Below are positions 8,268-19,194 of a stretch of DNA of 64,000 nt, piece after piece. The notes below the pieces were generated by a model that worked only from the letters and a program-made list of their open reading frames with translations, was not told the origin of the DNA and did no database searches. This DNA comes from Epithemia pelagica (lineage: Eukaryota; Protista; Bacillariophyta). A program made the translations under genes and the position numbers. Within the stretch, counting starts at the first letter, position 1, and every line of letters begins with the position of its first letter. Location of the stretch: positions 1,612,001-1,676,000 of the forward strand of contig OX337237.1 in assembly GCA_946965045.2 (NCBI GenBank), written 5' to 3'.

Positions 8268-11200
8268 ATGATCAAGCAGCTCGTTTACACAGTATTAGTG
8301 ACGATCCTTTTATCAAGTTACACTATACTGTGCTACGGGCTATGGTGTCCTAGGTGCTACCACCTGGAGTCAGTCCTAGACTACGTCCAAGGGCTATGCG
8401 ACTCCATAGCGACCTCTCTCGCGACCAAAATCAAAGTGAAGAAGAAACGAAGAATCGACCATGGCCGGAGACGACGGAGAACTAACTATACAGGACTCCT
8501 CCGGGCATTATGCATGGCAACGATACTGACTTCGACAACTGGACAAGTCACTCACCGAGCGGCTCACGAAGTTGGCTTTGATACCGACAGCAGGAAAGTC
8601 TTGATCGACAATTGCGCAACCGCGTCAATTACGAACGACATACAAGACTGCTGCACCAAACCAATCAAAATCAAACGAAAGGTCAAGGGAGTAGCAGGAA
8701 CATATCAACCAGATATATACGAGACGACGATACGATGGGATATCGAGGACGACGACGGCAAGATCCATACGATCACGCTCCCAAGGTCCTTCTACATCCC
8801 ATCGACTCCAACCAAACTGCTTTCGCCCCAACATTGGGCACAAACAGCAAAAGATATCAAACCCTTGCCGAGAGGAACACGATGTGTGACAGATAGCAAC
8901 GCTATCGAATTGATTTGGGGGCAAGGACTCTTCAAACGGACGATTCCATTGAAACAACGAGGTTCAAATGTGGGTGAGTTTACGACTGCCCCAGGATACA
9001 CAAAATACGAAGCGTTTTGCAAAAGGGCAGGCACGACAATCCAACAAGAGGACAACAAGCCCTTGCTGGTCAACAACGCAAACCTCATTGAAGACGACGA
9101 CGAATCCGTCATGGAACGGTCTCCATCAACAATGGACCAAGATGAGGGAGACGATTGGAGTATCGACGAAAATCACAAGAATCTCGACGACGAACAAAAT
9201 GAACATTATTTTCCAACAAGAGATGTACCGATGACTACCGAGTTCCTCATAGACCCCAGCGATACCGTACACGTGATTCCTAATGAAGAAGAGGTACTCC
9301 CCGAAAGTCCAACGCTAGAGTTACTCCGAACGCATCATAGAATGGGTCACCTGTCGATGGCGAAAATCCAAAGCCTGGCACGCCAAGGAGGACTCCCAAA
9401 GCGACTTGCAAACTGTAAGGTCCCGGTCTGTACGGCGTGTATGTACGGGAAAGCTACGCGACGTCCCTGGCGAATCAAAGGTCATCGTGGAACACTAGAT
9501 ACTATGACGTCACCGGGCCAATGTGTATCAGTCGACCAAATGATATCAAAGACTCCGGGTTACATTGCGCATCTACGAGGGACTCCCACACGGGACAGAT
9601 ATAGGGTGGCTACGGTTTTCGTCGACCACTTCTCAGGGGTAGGCTATGTACACCTTCAACGGAGTACATCAGCTAAAGATACGATCGAAGCTAAAGAACG
9701 GTTTGAAGCTTGGGCAGACACTCACGGAGTCAAGATCCGACATTATCACGCCGATAACGGCATCTTTGCCGATAATAAATTCCGGGAAGCGGTACAAATG
9801 AAGAATCAACGATTAACTTTCAGTGGGGTTAATGCCCATTTTCAAAGTGGCATGGCCGAACGACGTATTAGAGAACTACAAGAATCAGGAAGAACAATGC
9901 TAATACACGCCCAACGACGCTGGCCTAGCACAGTGACGACAAACTTATGGCCCTATGCAGTCCGCTATGCCAACGACATGTTCAATGAGGCACCAATGAA
10001 GAAACACAAGGAAAAGACGCCAATGGAACTATTTACAGGTTCAACGGTAAGATTCAATACACGACTCGCACATACATTCGGATGCCCAGCATACGTACTC
10101 GACAACGAATTACAAAGCGGAACTCCAATTCCCAAATGGTCCGAACGAGCTCGAGTTGGCATTTTCTTGGGCTATTCTCCCCAACATGCAAGGACAATCG
10201 GGCTTATCTTATCCCTTTCTTCCGGATTGACGTCACCTCAATTTCATGTTCAATACGATGACCAATTTGAAACTATACGCAAAAGTTTTGGAGAGGCCCA
10301 ACCAATATCTCAATGGCAGTATAAGGCAGGGTTCACAAAATCCAGACCACGCATGAGGGAGAATCAACCACGCGTGGAATTCGGAAGTACAACGACGTCA
10401 TCCCGACGTGAGATCGACGTTACGATACCCGAAGACAGGGACCAAACTAACGATGCTAACCCGCCAATGCAAGAACGAGAAACTATGCCAGAGCATGAGG
10501 GAGCTAGGCGGTCCCAACGTACTCCTCGTCGAACACAACGATATCAAGACTACTTGACTTCGCTCCAAGAGCCCGAAGACGCGATCGGAGAAGTAGCTAT
10601 CACAGCTAAACCAACTGTGACAGTCAATACCGCTCAAGCTAACAGCAATCCAGATGTTATGTACTGGCATGAAGCGATGAAACAAGAGGATCGAGCGGAA
10701 TTCATCAAGGCAGCACAGAAAGAAGTACAAGATCATAGCGATAATGGACTATGGGAGGTGGTCAAGCGAAAGGACATTCCAAAAGGAGCGCTAATCTCTC
10801 GAGGAGTGTGGAGTTGCGTCCGAAAGAGAAGACTAAAAACTAGAGAAGTCTACAAATGGAAATCCAGATTGGCATATGATGGGTCCATGCAAGAAAAGGG
10901 GGTTAACTATTGGGAAACCTACGCTCCCGTGATTCAATGGCCCGTCGTGAGATTCATCCTGACAATGGCACTCACACAAGGATGGCACATCAAACAGGTA
11001 GATTATGTGCTGGCATATACTCAAGCAGTCGCCGAGACTGATATGTATATGGAAGTGCCGAAAAGCTTCACCTTCGATACAAAAGGAAACCAGCGAGCAG
11101 AGGACTATGTCCTCAAGATCAAGCAAAATTACTATGGGCAGAAGCAGGGTGCCCGAGTATGGAATCAACACCTCGTGGAACGACTTAAGCAAGTCGGTTT

Positions 11201-12263
11201 CCAACAAAGTGCACACGACGAGTGCCTCTTTTATCATGGTAAATGCGTATACATTTTGTATACGGACGATTCCTTATTGTTGGGTCCTGACAAAGAAGAA
11301 CTCGACCGGTTGATTGTTACAATGGAGAATAGTGGTCTGAAGATGACATATGAAGACGGAGTCAACGATTTTCTTGGGGTCAACATCGACAGAAAAGAGG
11401 ATGGTACCATCCACTTGACTCAGCCACATTTAATCGACTCAATCCTCCAAGATCTTCACCTTGCCAACGAATCAACCAAGAAGAAAGAAACACCGGCACC
11501 AACCACAGTACGCTTGAGACAAGACCAAGACGGAAAAGCCTTTGATCACCATTTCCATTACAGGTCGGCGATCGGGAAACTCAACTTCCTGGAAAAGAGC
11601 ACGAGACCAGATATTAGTTTCGCCGTCCACCAATGCGCCAGATTTTGCGAAAACCCAAAAGCAATTCATGGGAAAGCCGTCAAACACATAGCACGTTACC
11701 TCGCCGGGACAAGAAAGCAAGGAGTGATACTAAAACCCGACACCACGAAATCTTTCCAAGTGTTCGCCGACGCGGACTTTGCAGGCAATTTTAACAAGCT
11801 CGACCACCCAAACAAGGACATGGCTCGGTCTCGAACGGGATTTGTGGTCTTCTATGCAGGTTGCCCCATCCTCTGGCAATCAAAACTGCAGTCAGAGATA
11901 GCCTTATCAACTACAGAAGCAGAGATCATCAGTTTGTCACACGCACTACGTACCGTCATTCCGTTGATGGCCATCACTCGTGAGATGAAGGATTTGGGAT
12001 TCCCTATTCTCTCTACGACACCCAATATACACTGCAAGGCCTTCGAAGATAACAGTGGTGCGGTCGAACTCGCAACGATATACAAGTACAGACCCAGGAC
12101 ACGGTATCTGTGCACCAAGTTGTTCCATTTTAAATCTTTTGTGGAACGAAAAGAGATCGAGATTCACCCGTGTGCGACAGACGATCAGACCGCGGATATC
12201 TTCACTAAATCGCTCAACGAAACATCGTTCGAGAAACATCGCGAGAGTATACAAGGATGGTAA
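8268..12263 (+). CDS. pol: Copia Pol polyprotein (protease, integrase, reverse transcriptase, RNase H)
   Basis: Protease FDTDS..LIDNCAT. Integrase H-x3-H...CxxC, VSVDQ, FVDHFS, HADNG, AERRIRE. RT KSRLAYDG/WETYAPV, QVDYVLAY, LYTDD. RNase H ADADFAG, IALSTTEAE, EDNSGA, ADIFTK. Same frame as gag. Confidence 0.97.
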   Translation: MIKQLVYTVLVTILLSSYTILCYGLWCPRCYHLESVLDYVQGLCDSIATSLATKIKVKKKRRIDHGRRRRRTNYTGLLRALCMATILTSTTGQVTHRAAHEVGFDTDSRKVLIDNCATASITNDIQDCCTKPIKIKRKVKGVAGTYQPDIYETTIRWDIEDDDGKIHTITLPRSFYIPSTPTKLLSPQHWAQTAKDIKPLPRGTRCVTDSNAIELIWGQGLFKRTIPLKQRGSNVGEFTTAPGYTKYEAFCKRAGTTIQQEDNKPLLVNNANLIEDDDESVMERSPSTMDQDEGDDWSIDENHKNLDDEQNEHYFPTRDVPMTTEFLIDPSDTVHVIPNEEEVLPESPTLELLRTHHRMGHLSMAKIQSLARQGGLPKRLANCKVPVCTACMYGKATRRPWRIKGHRGTLDTMTSPGQCVSVDQMISKTPGYIAHLRGTPTRDRYRVATVFVDHFSGVGYVHLQRSTSAKDTIEAKERFEAWADTHGVKIRHYHADNGIFADNKFREAVQMKNQRLTFSGVNAHFQSGMAERRIRELQESGRTMLIHAQRRWPSTVTTNLWPYAVRYANDMFNEAPMKKHKEKTPMELFTGSTVRFNTRLAHTFGCPAYVLDNELQSGTPIPKWSERARVGIFLGYSPQHARTIGLILSLSSGLTSPQFHVQYDDQFETIRKSFGEAQPISQWQYKAGFTKSRPRMRENQPRVEFGSTTTSSRREIDVTIPEDRDQTNDANPPMQERETMPEHEGARRSQRTPRRTQRYQDYLTSLQEPEDAIGEVAITAKPTVTVNTAQANSNPDVMYWHEAMKQEDRAEFIKAAQKEVQDHSDNGLWEVVKRKDIPKGALISRGVWSCVRKRRLKTREVYKWKSRLAYDGSMQEKGVNYWETYAPVIQWPVVRFILTMALTQGWHIKQVDYVLAYTQAVAETDMYMEVPKSFTFDTKGNQRAEDYVLKIKQNYYGQKQGARVWNQHLVERLKQVGFQQSAHDECLFYHGKCVYILYTDDSLLLGPDKEELDRLIVTMENSGLKMTYEDGVNDFLGVNIDRKEDGTIHLTQPHLIDSILQDLHLANESTKKKETPAPTTVRLRQDQDGKAFDHHFHYRSAIGKLNFLEKSTRPDISFAVHQCARFCENPKAIHGKAVKHIARYLAGTRKQGVILKPDTTKSFQVFADADFAGNFNKLDHPNKDMARSRTGFVVFYAGCPILWQSKLQSEIALSTTEAEIISLSHALRTVIPLMAITREMKDLGFPILSTTPNIHCKAFEDNSGAVELATIYKYRPRTRYLCTKLFHFKSFVERKEIEIHPCATDDQTADIFTKSLNETSFEKHRESIQGW

Positions 12264-12281
12264 CATCGACTCTACTCGGCC

Positions 12282-12290
12282 GAGAGGGAG
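12282..12290 (+). other. Polypurine tract
   Basis: GAGAGGGAG immediately 5' of the 3' LTR. Confidence 0.8.
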
Positions 12291-12753
12291 TGTTCAAAAT
12301 AATGAGATATGGTCAGTGAATGAAGAAGTGCGACCAATATTCGGAACCGGCATTCGGAAGTAGAAGATTCGACCGACAAGAGACGAGTACCATCGTTATT
12401 TCAAACAGAACAAATGAACCAATGGGCCGACCAAGTCTCATTTGGAGCAACGCGTCATCAACAATAACGGCCCAAACAAGTCCAATACATAGAGAAACGA
12501 GATCCTATGGCATCCCATAACAGTCGTCGTCTAAACATTCTGACAGGCAAGAACGGGCTGGACGACGATACATAGGAAACCAAGATTGCAACAAGATCGC
12601 AAAAAGATCTCCAATCTACTTTATCCAACGGCCGATGATCCAACGGATCACAGCCATCGCTACGAGTAGAAGTAAAAGACTAAGCACACAACTTAACTTT
12701 GTTTTACACGGGTTGAGCTCGTTCTTGTTGCCCACGGTAGCAGGAAAACAACA
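12291..12753 (+). repeat. 3' LTR
   Basis: Copy of 6461-6923. Confidence 0.95.
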
Positions 12754-12910
12754 CGGAAAGCAAAACACATAGATTTTGTTGCATATTGCTGAAACTCACA
12801 GTTATCTACCTATAATATAGTCTTTTCATATTGAATGATAATCGTCTTCTGCGAAACACCACCTGACAACGACATACAGAAAACCTTACAGTTGTTTTCC
12901 CTTGCGTCAG

Positions 12911-15900
12911 CTAAATTGGCTCGTCTTCGAGGCTTTCCTCGACCAAGAACATGTCGGTTTGATCATCACAAGAAGGTGACGAAACAAGATCGTTTGTATG
13001 GTTGATGAGAAAATTATTTCCGTTCTCGTGGTCCTCACTCAAGGAAATGGCCGGCAAGGGTAAGGAGTTCCGTTGTTGCATTCCTGCTATCTCATCGAGT
13101 CTATTCTCGTCCCACAACAATGCTTCGGCTTGATCGCTAGTTTCTTTCGATCGGTTGGTTCGCGGTTGTATGGATTCCTTTTGATGTACAACCTCTGCGT
13201 TACTGCGTTCGTTCTCATTGTGTAATGAAGTCGGATTGCCATCAAGGCCCGAATCGTTGGACTGCTGAACTTTGTTGCTCTCAGCATTGACAGCCTCCAC
13301 GGGAGGAACGACCAATGCAGCAGATCGAGGCAGGGATTCTTCATGCTGCATAACCTGCGGCTCACTGGGATCATGCTTATCGTTCGATAAAGAGGCGCTG
13401 GCTTGAAAGCTGACGCAGTAGGAATCGTTGGACTGACGAGCCTCGTTGCTCTCATTCACACACACCGCACCCTCGGGATCCACGCCTTCCGATGTACCAA
13501 GCATAGATAAGTATTCCTTTTGCTGCATGGCCTGCATCTCACAGCGTCCATTCTGATCTTGTGATGGCAATGTGTTGGTTGTACAGTTACCGCTGTCAGC
13601 AGAACTGTGGAAATAACAGGACTCGTGGTCCTCATTTCTTTCGTCTTTGATATCATTTTGCTCGGGATCCACAGTTTTCGATGCCACGGATAAAGACATG
13701 AATTTCTTTTTCAGTATTTTGTCTTTCTCACAGTGAACATTTTCATGGTGTGACGAAGATGTAAAGGATACAATCGTTGGACCGGTGTTCACTGTTCTTT
13801 CTTTCATTCATGATATCCCCAAAATCCAGGGTTTCAGACATCACCTTCCCAGACAAAGCTTCCTCCTTTTTTTGCGCATCGTCTGTCTTGCTGTACTCAT
13901 TTTCATTGTTTGAGGACGGCGCGCCAGTACGATCGCTAACATCGTCTGCCTGTGTGATATGTTTGTCGTTGGAGACAGCGACTGCATCACTGGGACCGAC
14001 CGTCGCCAACAAGGCGGGCATGAGAATCAAACCATGAGCTGTGCCCAAGACAACCAAACCGATAAAGGCTATAAAGACTGTGAAGAACACAGAGCTGGTC
14101 GATAACGCCAAGGGTAAAATGCCCAAAAATGTCGAAATTCCACCAGCACGAACGGATGATCCCATCGTTCAAAGCATTTCGACTGTTTTCTCTTCTCGGT
14201 CACCCTTGCATTCGTAATAACGAAGAAGCACATGCATGATAAAGTCCACATACAATCCGATCGCCATTACAACAGCCATATACGTAACGGCATTTATATG
14301 AACATTGGCCCATTGAAGCACTCCCAGAAGATCCACATAGAGAAGACATATAACAGGCAACACAAAGACCGCGGCAGTCCAATGTGGTATAAACAGAATA
14401 GCCAGAGCCAACACAGCTGTTACACCGATGATACTGGTAAGAACAAGTTCCTTTTTTGTTCGGTGATAGAATTCACCAAGGTAAAAATGCATGTTGTAGT
14501 TGAAGAACGCCCAATCTTTCAAGCCGCGGTTGATAGGTTGGCGAGCAGTTATATCGCGCTGTTCCATTATCAGTCCTATTTGCTCTTCAACATCGTTCAA
14601 ATCAAAATTGTCATAAAATAGTCCCACCCGCGATGCTGTGACATTTCCTTGTTCATCACGTACAATGTCATACTGGTAGAGGTAGTTGTAGATCGGATCG
14701 GACAAGAACAGATCCAGTTGCTCATGAAAAAGCAATTCGGTCACATTTTCTTGGTTCAGTTTCACAAAAAGTTTGAAGTCGCGAAGCCAAAAGAACTTGG
14801 GTCGGCGTTCAACATATTCCATCTCAACCAGATCATCCACGTAATTTTCCATTTGACCCTGGATAGTCTCATTGGATTGATCAACATCTCGAAAGTACAC
14901 AAAGGCATTGACCATGGTGTTTCGTGCATATGAATCATACAAGTTGAACCATGCTGTGACGTATGAATCATCCGGAAGAATCTCAGTTATCTCAAACTCC
15001 TGAGTGAGTTTAGATGCGCTCACAGCGCATATAACTGCCAAAGCAACAAAGGCCACAATGACTCCTGCCTTCACAGCCGGTTTCAACAAAATCTTCGCAT
15101 GGTGAATCATGAGTTGGTCGAATGGACCACTCTTACGTTGAAGTTCATTCTCCTCATCCAACGCGGGGTCAATTGCCACCATCCTGCTATCGAAAGAACC
15201 AGGTGCCGGGCAGTTATTGCGCTCCCGTGCTCGAACACGATGATCGTGTAACACAATGCAGGCGATGAAAAACGTCAGTTGGTAAAGATAGACAAAAATC
15301 ACGGTCGGAAATGCGTAAAGACGCAGCCAATAGATTGCTGGGATGCTTGACATACAACCCAAGCCAAATGCCAAAGACGAAGTTAAAGATGTCAATGTGA
15401 TGGATATTCCCACATCGTCGATCACTGCATCAATGCGTGTCTCGATTGATTCTTTGGAATCAGTGCGGCAATACGATCCAAAAATGATGATTGCATCGTC
15501 GAGACCAATTCCAAAAATCACAAATGTCAAGAGCTGAGTGATCGATGTAAAGGGTGTTCCAATAATAAACAAGAGCCCGTATCCCGAAAAGAGACTCAAA
15601 AGGACAGCGACGACCCCACCAAAACCCACCATACAGCGCCATTGAAACTTGCTTTGTCCAAAACACAAGATTGTGGACGTGAAAATCGTCATGATCAGAA
15701 ACACAAGGGGAACCAGAGGAAGATCCTCAACAACTGCGCGTTCGAACCTGAAATTGTTTAAGCAAACAGGTTCGTCCCGTGAGATGCGGCACAGAGCCAG
15801 ATCACCATTTAGGATCAGAGAGAAAATGTTGAATGATGCTTACTCTTCGGCGAATGATCCATCAGCATCAGCCCACACTTCGAGACGAAGAGGGTTGTTA

Positions 15901-16750
15901 GGATCTTTGTTCCATTGCTTTTGTTTGCTCAACATGACATTGAGAGCCTCGTCCTCAAATGATTCTGCCAACTTTGTATCTGGAAAATAAAGGACTACCA
16001 GGTACCCTTGACAAAATGTCAACACATTCAGAGCTAAAAGCCGTCGTTTTCGCGTTCAGTCTTGCCAAACACTAGATCAAAATTGACTGGTATACACCTG
16101 CTGTTGCATAATGCTGTAATCTGAACTCCAGAACTGAACAATGCCGGAAATGGGACATGTCGTCTGATTGGTGGCAAGATCAACGTGAAGACTGTCGGCA
16201 CACATTTCATCATACTTGTCTACTCCACGTACAGCATCCACGGCCTCAAAGACTTTGGTAACTTGATCAAGTCCCAAGACGTCTTGGCCGTCACTGTGGA
16301 AAAACAAAACAAACTGCAAATAGTCCTTTGGGAAGTTCGAATCATGCTCAATCCAGTGGCTATAACGGAGTCCACATTTCCTGTTCCTCCACCACGAGGT
16401 TGAAATTGGTCGCCAAGCCCACAAAGAAGAGCAGAAATCACGCGAATGAAATAAAAGTCAACGTAGACATGGGATAGTGCACCACAGCTTTTGTCACTGG
16501 GTGAATTGCCCGCAAAATGGGGCGATGAATCTGTTCTCGTATCGCTTTGCTCCACGCTTTGCTCCACCGTTTACTTTTGCGTTTGTTGATTTCGTGCGTG
16601 ACCAGATCCTTGTTGTCTTCGTGTTGTCGCTTGTCTCGGAGGGATCTCTGACTGCCTTCGTCGTTTAAGGTGTCTTCACTGACAAGCCCTCCCATGCTAC
16701 CGCCATCATCCAAGATTCGTTCGAATGGTTCATCATTGCTTGATGTAACT
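12911..16750 (-). pseudogene. Patched/NPC1-family sterol-sensing-domain protein pseudogene (paralog of 19195-22109)
   Basis: SSD motifs VIFGIGLDDAIIIFGSY and AIGLYVDFIMHV. GT-AG intron at 15748-15843. Lesions: frameshift ~16440, ~50-nt deletion ~16090 relative to the paralog, frameshift ~16030, premature TGA at 14169-14171 (the paralog has Arg in EMLRTMG), and frameshift ~13800 into an acidic tail. Confidence 0.85.
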
Positions 16751-17307
16751 TTATGAATCGAGGGTCATCAAATAATGGTTAGATACGATAGAAACTGTGT
16801 CGAGACAGTGATGCTTCTTGGTGCCATTGTGTGTTTTCTCCAATGAGTCATGTTTCCTATCTCCTCAACCACAACCTTGTTGCATACGGCCATGAGGGCC
16901 CTTCATTGTGCAAATACTTGACACAAGACTTTCCTGACACAAGCTGAATCCGAGCTATCCAATGAGCAAGGTGGAATTGCAGCTAATGATGATTACTGAT
17001 TACGGCTTTGCCACTGCGGATTCTATACGATGAGTTCTCTACCTAGGTTTCCATTTTCCAATATAATACATGAGAAACCCAACGCTCTGATTGTTGTGCG
17101 TTGTGTGGCGATCGAAGAAAAGTAAGTGGCAAGCTCCGTCAGCGCACCTCGAGATGCCCGCCCTGCTCTGTCATGTATTTAGATCCTAAACAATTAAATA
17201 ATGGGTAGGACATAGTGCTAATATTCTATTATTTACTTCTGTATCATTTTTTGGTCCTGATCTTGAACTTGGGACTTGGGACGTCGGACCAACCATCTAT
17301 TGTGTAA

Positions 17308-17648
17308 TTACTCGTATCTCGCGTCCACAATTCTCATGCGGTAACGTTCGGATGCGTTTTCAGTTTGTAAGTGCCGTTGGAAGAGTTGGTGCAACTTTTT
17401 CTCGGACAAACGAGCAAAATGACCAGCCAAACTCAACAAGGGAAGAATCTGATAGTCACGATGATGAGAAGGATGGGTATCTGGTGAGGTTCGACACTGT
17501 CTGTGAACGACTCTGTCGTACAAGTCTCGAGGGTACTACTAGAGCAGTGAGACGAAATTTGCCTCATGGAATCAACTGCACGATCGACAGCGCTATCCCC
17601 AACGTCATCATCCGACAACGACTTCTTTGTTCTCATGCTGTTCATCAT
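17308..17648 (-). pseudogene. Possible small frameshifted hypothetical ORF
   Basis: Overlapping ORFs 17433-17648 and 17308-17523 with protein-like composition. No domain recognised. Confidence 0.15.
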
Positions 17649-19194
17649 ATTATCACCTTCATTGTTTTTCCAAAAATGGAAACGATCCTATTAGCTGTTT
17701 GGTGTTTCTGGTCAGGGTGGATAAAGCACTAGCAGTACCAGCACGCTCGCATACTTTCGCAACCGCTTCCAGGAGCCGCTCGGTGTCAAGGAAAAAGGTC
17801 AAAGAACGCGACAATGAAATTCTGAGAAACGTTGGCGGAACAAAACGTTACCACAGAAGTGGCACTCACTGATTTGAACACCACCATGGAGTGTTTCTTT
17901 ATTGACGGATAAGAGTCATGCTTTATTCTCCACCCAACGTCGTTGTTCAATGAGAAGTCGGTTTTTCTGGATACTGTGCATCTCTCCTATTCAAACCACG
18001 CATGAGTTGGAACGACGAAGCGACCAACGGAACAGCTGTCTCCATTCATGAGACACCATCGCGTCCCTCTCTATGCAAAGACGACAACACCCGGGACTTA
18101 CGTGATCCAGCAAGAGTAGACGGAACCAGAATGTCTTGTCCCAGCCTTTTATCGAGCAGGATATCTTTTGGGCCTCACCAAAACAGAAACCAAATTGTTC
18201 TTTGTTGCGAATGCAGAAACGAAAGCAAACCCTTTTCTGTGGGGAAAATCACGGATCTTTGCACGAGACAAGGAAAACCCAAGCTGAACAAGTGGTGCTC
18301 ACTCTATGGTGAAGATCTTATGAAAAGACAGAGTATGGATGCTGTGGCTCACATACTACAATCTATGGCCCGGCCTGAACCTAGCTGGTGCGTGGCCCTC
18401 ATCAACCGAATAAGATCACAAAATTTTGGCTCTTCCTGTTTCAAATCCACCCATTGTCCCTGGTGGATAAGCAGTGACAGGGAGTGCCTCTCAAAGTCAA
18501 CAAAGTACGTTGCGTAACGCCTGTTGTCCGAGCCCAAATTGGCTGGTTGTCCCTTGGCTTTGTCGCCGGTTTACCTAATGACCAGATTGACAGCACGACA
18601 ACAATCAATCCTGTTACGGCATGGCCATTCCATTACAGTGGGAAAGGTAGTGACAAAGGCTTCTACCACTGTTGAAACAACGACATGACGAGAGCACCAA
18701 ACCAACAACAACAACACCAATCGCGACAAGAAGGCCATACATGACGAACATTGTGTGAGAACCGAATACAGACGACATGGACCAGTGCCAAGTCGCAGTA
18801 GTCCTCCGATCTCCTATATTGTTGAGCGCCGCAACGAAAGTCCAAGTCCGAGAAGGCACAACTTCTTGTATACCTCAATAGACCTTTCAAAAGGTTTCAA
18901 TGTTTCAAAAGGATGCAGGGTAGAACTTATGTAGAAACATTATAATCAGGGACACATTGTGAGATATTGTGAATCATACAGTCTGTCTACCTGGTCAGCG
19001 GTTTTGTGGCTCTTAGTCTACTACAGATCAACCGCTTGTTGGGTCTATTGATACTCGGCTATCTCGTCATCAAATGAAACGAATACATCCGCAAGACCGT
19101 CACCTGCAAGATTGATGACAGGAGCAACTATCAGTCTATCTTTATCACGCTCAGATAGAACGTTCCGATGTTCACTTGTTTTCCGATGGCTTTA

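Larger units (their letters stand above)
6461..12753 (+). mobile_element. Full-length Ty1/Copia LTR retrotransposon (CoDi-like), apparently intact and recent
   Basis: Two 463-bp LTRs with TG...CA ends and no differences seen by eye. Flanked by CGGAAA on both sides (6455-6460, 12754-12759). gag is followed by PR-IN-RT-RH in Copia order, with a PPT before the 3' LTR. Confidence 0.97.

Noticed and set aside
18002-18890. ORFs 18002-18517 (+) and overlapping minus-strand fragments
   Set aside because: No recognisable domain and conflicting frames; possibly a decayed gene but not supportable.
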